Shown in pieces: positions 58,312 to 64,000 of a stretch of 64,000 bases of DNA. Below the pieces are notes generated by a model, which was not told the DNA's origin, did not search any database, and saw nothing but the letters and a program-made list of their open reading frames with translations. Each line of letters begins with the position of its first letter. The first letter of the stretch is position 1. Both the position numbers and the translations under genes were made by a program. The stretch is taken from contig RFFQ01000013.1 of assembly GCA_003697105.1 (NCBI GenBank), forward strand, positions 1-64,000, written 5' to 3'. This stretch comes from Gemmatimonadota bacterium. GTDB lineage: Bacteria > 4572-55 > J002.

Positions 58312-59673
58312 CTATTTTAATGATTCGTTCCATATCTCGCGGAATGTTTTCGGTGCTGGAGAAGGAAAATCACGGGTTTCCGTCCAACCGGGGATGTAGT
58401 GAAACGCTCGTTGCGGCAACCAGCGAACAAGCCGGGAAGCAAGGCGGTACAATAGGGGTGAAATCATCGTAATGGTCCAAAATTTCATGGCAACCGCTTC
58501 GATGAGATGGCGGTCTGACCCTGACGAAACAACGGCTTGGCGTAACCATAGCAACAAATGATGCAGGTCGATTTGAACTGGGCAAATATCGGTACAACTC
58601 CCACACAACGAAGAGGCAAAGGGTAAATCTTTACCTTGGGTCAATCCTTGATATTTCGGGGTTAAAATGGCGCCAATGGGTCCCGGATAAACCCAACCAT
58701 ACGTATGCCCGCCGACCCGTTGGTAAACTGGGCATGTGTTGAGGCATGCCCCACACCGGATACAGTACAATGCCTGATGAAAACGCGGATCGGCGAGCAT
58801 TTCCGAGCGTCCATTATCTAACAAGACCAGATGCACCGCTTTGCCGGAGGATTGTGCCCCCCGAATCAGGGAAACATAACTGGTGAATTTCTGCCCGGTG
58901 GCGCTCCGTGGTAAAAGCCGCAAAAAGGTGGGTAGGTGTTCCAATTTTGGAATCACCTTTTCGATCCCCATCACCGCGACATGGACATCCGGTAACGTCA
59001 TACAGAGGCGAGCATTTGCCTCATTTTCGATCACCACTAGGGTGCCATTCTCGGCAATCGCAAAATTGACACCCGAAACGCCAATTTTTGCGGTCAAAAA
59101 TTTTTGGCGAAGCTTTTGACGAGCTATTTTGGTGAGTTCTTGCGGATTATCGGTGTAGTCAATACCCAATTTTTCCTGAAAAAGGCGGGCAATATCTTCG
59201 CGGGATTTATGCAAAGCCGGGGCGGTGATATGGGAAGGACGCTCTCCGGCAAGCTGGACAATATACTCCCCAAGGTCGGTTTCAATGGGGTTAATACCTG
59301 CCGCTTGCAACGCCGGATTCAAATCAATCTCTTCTGTCGTCATGGACTTAGACTTGACGACAAACGACGCACCCTCTCGCTTCGCCAATTGGATAATATA
59401 ATCGTTCGCCTCAGCGGCAGTTTCTGCCCAGAACACCTGCACGCCCTGTTCCGTCAGGTGTGCCTCCAATTGTTCCAGATACTCATCGAGATGGGCAATG
59501 GTCTCTTTTTTAATCTGATGCGCACGCCGCCGGAGCTGTTGCCACGTATCCTCACCCAACTCCTGCACTACTTGTGACCGCTTGAGCAAGGACGTGCGAG
59601 TCGATTTACGAAGGGTTTGCCGTAGATGCGTGTTGGTTAGGTTATCATGTGCTGCCTGTTTAAAATCATGCAT
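58312..59673 (-). CDS. lutB: LutB/LldF family L-lactate oxidation iron-sulfur protein
   Basis: 'KSKSMTTEE', 'ETDLGEYIVQL', 'CIRCGACLNTCPVY', 'YPGPIG', 'SSLCGSCTDICPV'. Confidence 0.93.
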   Translation of the reverse strand: MHDFKQAAHDNLTNTHLRQTLRKSTRTSLLKRSQVVQELGEDTWQQLRRRAHQIKKETIAHLDEYLEQLEAHLTEQGVQVFWAETAAEANDYIIQLAKREGASFVVKSKSMTTEEIDLNPALQAAGINPIETDLGEYIVQLAGERPSHITAPALHKSREDIARLFQEKLGIDYTDNPQELTKIARQKLRQKFLTAKIGVSGVNFAIAENGTLVVIENEANARLCMTLPDVHVAVMGIEKVIPKLEHLPTFLRLLPRSATGQKFTSYVSLIRGAQSSGKAVHLVLLDNGRSEMLADPRFHQALYCIRCGACLNTCPVYQRVGGHTYGWVYPGPIGAILTPKYQGLTQGKDLPFASSLCGSCTDICPVQIDLHHLLLWLRQAVVSSGSDRHLIEAVAMKFWTITMISPLLYRLASRLVRWLPQRAFHYIPGWTETRDFPSPAPKTFREIWNESLK

Positions 59674-59683
59674 GGGATTGGTC

Positions 59684-60907
59684 CTATTCCATGTTCAACA
59701 ACCCGCTCACCATAACAAATTCATTGACACCGTAGCTCAGTTCACTGTCTGACTGTGTCACATGGATGGCAATCACATTTCCCTTGTTATCAAAAACAGG
59801 TGCACCAAGGGACGCAATGCCGGGAACAATAAAGTCATACTCAATCCGGCTGGGGGCGACATGCCGTACCGTTCCGGCTAGGGAAATCGCCGCCACAGAA
59901 GTTTGATTGCCCTCAGAATCGATCTGTTCTGGAGTAGTGAAGCCCACAAAAGTTACCGGGCTGTCAATTTGAATCTGGTCTAACCCCTGCAAACGGTTCA
60001 GCGGAACATAGGCTAGATTCGCCGGAGGAGAATCCAGCTTCAGGAGGGCGAGTTGTTCTAATTGGACAGATGGGCTCTCCAACCAGTGTGCCGGAAGGGC
60101 GGCGTCTGGCTTAGAACCATTGAACCAGACGCGCATTTCAACCGTTTCTCCTTCAAAGGGGATCCCCAATTCTAAACTCCATTCTTCGAGGGCATACGTG
60201 GGATTTCCGACGCCGGTATGTGTTAGCAGTTCACCTTGGGGGGAGATACAGACGCCACTGCCCCATGTCTGAAAGGGGTACTGGCGCGCCAGTTCTTCAT
60301 TGGGAATAAGGGCATACGGTGAATCGGGGGACACTTCCAGATTGTGTTCAACCGCCGCTTGTTGCAATGCCGGCGAATTTTCACAGAGAAACATTCCACC
60401 TTTTGCCCCGATATACCGGTGCAAAACCAAAACAACCGCATCTTTTTGAAGTTCAAACACTTTTGCCGGTGGGATGCTTTCCACCGTTCCGGCGGGAGAA
60501 TGTGGTTTTAAGCCGTATTGTAACACAAAAATAAGGGTTATCAGGGCGGCAAGCCCAAACCCAATCACGATGTATTTACCTTTGATCATTGGGCTACCGG
60601 TGCGGCTCACCGTCACATTCTGGGGGGATTGCATACCGGTGACGATCAATGTTTGATCGACCGACTCAAAGATGTCCATCTTTTCGGCAGGTGTTAAGAT
60701 ATGCTTACCCAGTTCAATTTTATCACTCTCGTGAATTTGCGTCCGTTTGCGGATGCGTTTGCCATTGATCCAAGTGCCATTGGCACTGCCTAAATCTTCA
60801 ATAAAAAAGATGCGTCCCTCGCGGGTAATTTTGGCATGATTTTTAGAAACGGTACGGTCATCAATAATGAGATCGTTATCTTCCGCCCGTCCGATACGAA
60901 TTTCCAT
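59684..60907 (-). CDS. FHA domain, TM segment and degenerate trypsin-like domain
   Basis: FHA 'IGRAEDND...VSKNHA...DLGSANGT'; TM; 'GSGVCISPQGELLT', 'GAPVFDNKGNVIAI'. Confidence 0.8.
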   Translation of the reverse strand: MEIRIGRAEDNDLIIDDRTVSKNHAKITREGRIFFIEDLGSANGTWINGKRIRKRTQIHESDKIELGKHILTPAEKMDIFESVDQTLIVTGMQSPQNVTVSRTGSPMIKGKYIVIGFGLAALITLIFVLQYGLKPHSPAGTVESIPPAKVFELQKDAVVLVLHRYIGAKGGMFLCENSPALQQAAVEHNLEVSPDSPYALIPNEELARQYPFQTWGSGVCISPQGELLTHTGVGNPTYALEEWSLELGIPFEGETVEMRVWFNGSKPDAALPAHWLESPSVQLEQLALLKLDSPPANLAYVPLNRLQGLDQIQIDSPVTFVGFTTPEQIDSEGNQTSVAAISLAGTVRHVAPSRIEYDFIVPGIASLGAPVFDNKGNVIAIHVTQSDSELSYGVNEFVMVSGLLNME

Positions 60908-60931
60908 ACGTCCTAGCTCCTTAATCAAAAA

Positions 60932-62749
60932 TTATGAAACCGTGGTAATTTCTGTGATTTCATTTTCGACATGGTGTTTACGGGTGTACTGCAATTGGTG
61001 CAATTTGTAGTATATGCCCCGCTGTCTGAGCAACTGGTCATGGTTCCCTTGCTCGCACACCTGACCTTTGTGCATCACCAAAATGGCGTCACAATCTTGA
61101 ATGGTGGATAACCGGTGGGCAATAACAATTGAGGTTCGGTTTTCCATCAGCCGGTGTAAGGACTCCTGAATGATATGCTCGGTTTCCGTATCAATGTTAC
61201 TGGTGGCTTCATCCAAAATCAAAATTGTTGGGTCAAAAACCAGGGCGCGGGCAAAGGCTAAAAGTTGCTTTTGCCCCGTGGAGATGTTATCGCCGCGTTC
61301 TTTGACCGGCGCATAATACCGCTCTTCTAATTTATCAATAAACAGATGTGCATTGACAAACGTCGCCGCAGCCTTAACTTGATCTTCCGTTAGTTCCGTA
61401 TGCCACAACCGGATATTTTCCAGAATGTTACCGCTGAACAAAAACGCATCTTGCAAAACAATACCAATATATTTTCGTAATTCGCGGGGGTCTATCTCCT
61501 TGATATTAATACCATCAATTAAGATTTCACCTTTTTGGATGTCATAAAAGCGGCAGACGAGACTGATGATCGTTGTTTTACCCGCACCGGTAGCCCCAAC
61601 AATCGCTACTTTCTGCCCCGGTTCAACCACAAACGAAACACCTTTTAAAATCCAGTTTTCATCATCATACGCAAACCAGACATCCTTAAATTCAATCCGA
61701 CCGCGAACATGAGTGAGCGATTTCGGTTGGTCTGGCGGCAACACATCTGGCTCGGTATCAATCAATTTAAAAATACGTTCCGAAGAAGCCATTGCCGCTT
61801 GCAGCAGATTGTATTTTTCCGAGAGATCCCGGATCGGACGGAAGAAAATTTGAGAATATTCGATAAACGCCACGAGGGCACCAAAGGTAATCATATTCCG
61901 ATCCACCAACCCACCCCCGTACCAGATAATCAGAGCAATCGCCAGCGAATTGATAATTTCCACCAGCGGAAAAAAGACCGCATAATAAAAGATAGAATCC
62001 AAATGAGCTTGTAGATTTTCCCGGTTGCGAACCTCAAAATCCTGCCGGTTTTGGTCTTCGCGGTTATACAATTGGACGATCTTCATCCCGGTAATCGTCT
62101 CTTGCAAAAAAGTATTAATCTTAGCAATGGCGATCCGGCTACGACGGTACACCTCCCGGACATTGGTCTTAAACCAGAGGGTTGCCCAAACCAACAGCGG
62201 TAATGCGGAAAAAGTCACCAGTGCCAACTTCCAATTGAACGCTAGTAAAATCCCGATAATGCCGACCAGCTTGAAAATATCGCCAAACATGCTGACCAGT
62301 CCGGCAGAAAAAAGCTCCCGCAAGGCTTCCACATCTGAGGTGACCCGCGTCATTAAGCGCCCCACCGGATTGCGATCAAAAAATTTGAGCGACATGCTTT
62401 GAATATGGGAAAAAATTTGCATCCGCAGATCATACATGATCTTTTGCCCTAACAACCGGGTAATATAGGTCTGGGCATACGTGAAAACAAACTCACCGAC
62501 TAAGACCCCAGCAAAAATCAAGATCAGCCGGTTGAATCCCTCCAAGACGCCGGGCGCAATATGATTATCAATTGCCAACTTAATGATATACGGGCGTAAT
62601 AGCGCAAAAATAGCCGTCGCCGCCAAAAACAGCAGCGCAATAACGACCATCCCCATGTACGGTTTGACATACGCCAGCATTCGCTTCATTAAACGGCTAT
62701 CATACGCCTTACCCATTACTTCTTCTTCACGGAAATCTTTTTGACTCAA
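60932..62749 (-). CDS. ABC exporter, fused permease and ATP-binding domains
   Basis: TMD 'FFDRNPVGRLMTRVTSD'; GATGAGKT, 'ISTGQKQ', 'ILDEATS', 'AHRLSTI'; TTG start after GGAGG. Confidence 0.95.
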   Translation of the reverse strand: MSQKDFREEEVMGKAYDSRLMKRMLAYVKPYMGMVVIALLFLAATAIFALLRPYIIKLAIDNHIAPGVLEGFNRLILIFAGVLVGEFVFTYAQTYITRLLGQKIMYDLRMQIFSHIQSMSLKFFDRNPVGRLMTRVTSDVEALRELFSAGLVSMFGDIFKLVGIIGILLAFNWKLALVTFSALPLLVWATLWFKTNVREVYRRSRIAIAKINTFLQETITGMKIVQLYNREDQNRQDFEVRNRENLQAHLDSIFYYAVFFPLVEIINSLAIALIIWYGGGLVDRNMITFGALVAFIEYSQIFFRPIRDLSEKYNLLQAAMASSERIFKLIDTEPDVLPPDQPKSLTHVRGRIEFKDVWFAYDDENWILKGVSFVVEPGQKVAIVGATGAGKTTIISLVCRFYDIQKGEILIDGINIKEIDPRELRKYIGIVLQDAFLFSGNILENIRLWHTELTEDQVKAAATFVNAHLFIDKLEERYYAPVKERGDNISTGQKQLLAFARALVFDPTILILDEATSNIDTETEHIIQESLHRLMENRTSIVIAHRLSTIQDCDAILVMHKGQVCEQGNHDQLLRQRGIYYKLHQLQYTRKHHVENEITEITTVS

Positions 62750-62839
62750 CAGTACCTCCAGCCGTACATCCGAATTAAAAATCCATACGATTTATGAGCA
62801 ACATACATCAAAATGAATCCAGAAGCAACGAAAAAGCCG

Positions 62840-63700
62840 TTAGCACACCTGCTGGAAACATTCAACAATCTGCGGCAATACCTCACTACTCGGAGCGTGG
62901 AGAAAAAAGCCCTTAGGAGTTGCCAGTGCCAAACGGCTAAACACATTGGGTTCGATGTTCACATCGATAATGATCCCCCCGCGGTGATAAACCCGTTGCA
63001 CTACCTGATTCGGTAGATTCGTCGCCCCGGAGGTACCTACCACAAGAAGTAAATCCGTTTTAGTTGCTACCTGTAGGGAGCTTTCAAAGTGATAAAATTC
63101 TTCATTATAGTATTCATCAAACCAAAGGATATGAGGCCGTGTCATTGCACCACACCGGGGACACGTGAGCAACGCCCACTGCTCACTGGTCAAATCGCCA
63201 TTTCGTGGGATACCCGGCACAGCATCCGGGATGGGATATAATGCCGACGAGCATTCGTCCGCACAACGCATAAATTCGATGTCGCCATGAATGGGGTACG
63301 TCCGGTCTAGGCTATTCCCTGCCCGTAGGTGCAAGCCATCTACATTTTGGGTAATCAGTAAAAAGCGATTTTGAAAAAGGCGTTCCATTTGCACCAATGC
63401 CAGATGCCCGGCATTCGGCTCGGCTTGCCGGCAAACCCCTCGCCGGAACAGATACCACTTCCACACCTCACGGGGTTGCCGGGAAAACATCCGGTAAGTG
63501 GCGATTTCATGAGGTTGGTAATTTTTGGAACCAATCTGCCAGTAACCCTCTTTGCCGCGAAATGTCGGGATTCCACTTTCAGCAGAAATCCCAGCGCCGG
63601 TCAATACCGTGATCTGTCCAGCGGATTGGTAAAATTCAGTTAAAGTATCCATCTGTTTTGGGTCGAGCATTGTCTCATAATCCTTTTTTAGATGTGCCAT
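62840..63700 (-). CDS. cobB: NAD-dependent protein deacylase (sirtuin, class III-like)
   Basis: 'TGAGISAESGIPTFRG', YxxR ('WYLFR'), 'TQNVDGLH', HG, Zn Cys pairs, 'GTSG'. Confidence 0.92.
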   Translation of the reverse strand: MAHLKKDYETMLDPKQMDTLTEFYQSAGQITVLTGAGISAESGIPTFRGKEGYWQIGSKNYQPHEIATYRMFSRQPREVWKWYLFRRGVCRQAEPNAGHLALVQMERLFQNRFLLITQNVDGLHLRAGNSLDRTYPIHGDIEFMRCADECSSALYPIPDAVPGIPRNGDLTSEQWALLTCPRCGAMTRPHILWFDEYYNEEFYHFESSLQVATKTDLLLVVGTSGATNLPNQVVQRVYHRGGIIIDVNIEPNVFSRLALATPKGFFLHAPSSEVLPQIVECFQQVC

Positions 63701-64000
63701 TTTCCAGTTTCAATCTGCCGTTTTCAAGCAGATTTGTTGATAATTTTGGGGATAATGTAAAAATTATGTAAACTAAATTATTAAACGTTATGATTTACCC
63801 GCAAAAAAACGTGCGCTACGGCTGGAGTCGTTGCTCCAAAGCACCGTCCGCATCGCCGGCGTTTCACAATTGACCCCTCCCCCAACTCAGCGGATAGCCA
63901 CTAATTTGAGCCTCCCCGCCCCTATCTGTTTTTTTTCGGGGTTTATGAATAATTCGGGGTTTAAATTCGCAATTCCCCACTTTCAACTTGTCTCTTTCCA

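Noticed and set aside
284-63643. Many short overlapping or antisense ORFs in the six-frame track
   Set aside because: They overlap well-supported genes and show no recognisable motifs
1-64000. selA, selB, selD or tRNA-Sec in the window
   Set aside because: None recognised; Sec machinery must lie elsewhere and is unverified
63800-64000. Possible riboswitch upstream of the sirtuin
   Set aside because: No conserved motif recognised; an Infernal/Rfam scan would be needed
1-64000. CRISPR array, prophage, IS, integron, DGR or retron
   Set aside because: No spaced direct repeats, transposase, integrase, reverse transcriptase or phage genes seen

Overview
64-kb window of bacterial chromosome in the standard code, with no phage, IS, CRISPR, rRNA or tRNA seen. 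Six secreted proteins carry a 'PNPFNP' FlgD-Ig/T9SS-type C-terminal domain and two carry GWxTD domains, which points to an FCB-superphylum lineage (inference). Contents: a nonulosonic-acid-type sugar cluster (141-6161), a large secreted BNR beta-propeller, hslU, gcvH, era, pckA, hrcA-grpE, dinB, a frameshifted B12-radical SAM/GNAT gene, tnaA, tlyA, glpK, a two-gene 2-oxoacid:ferredoxin oxidoreductase, a DtxR-FeoA/feoB operon with tandem operator boxes, lutB, an ABC exporter and a sirtuin. Main discovery: a 12-kb exported thiol/selenol redox cluster (33.4-45.8 kb) behind a perfect sigma70 promoter. It encodes an Omp28-like lipoprotein, TlpA, a DUF6029-like barrel and four tandem Omp28/thioredoxin-fold secreted paralogs. 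Two paralogs are truncated in the ORF track. Their real starts (39467 and 41550) have an RBS and signal peptide and read through an in-frame TGA at the first Cys of the CxxC motif (W-U-V-Y-C and T-U-P-V-C). Each TGA is followed by a SECIS-like hairpin, so these look like secreted UxxC selenoproteins lying beside Cys-containing paralogs.
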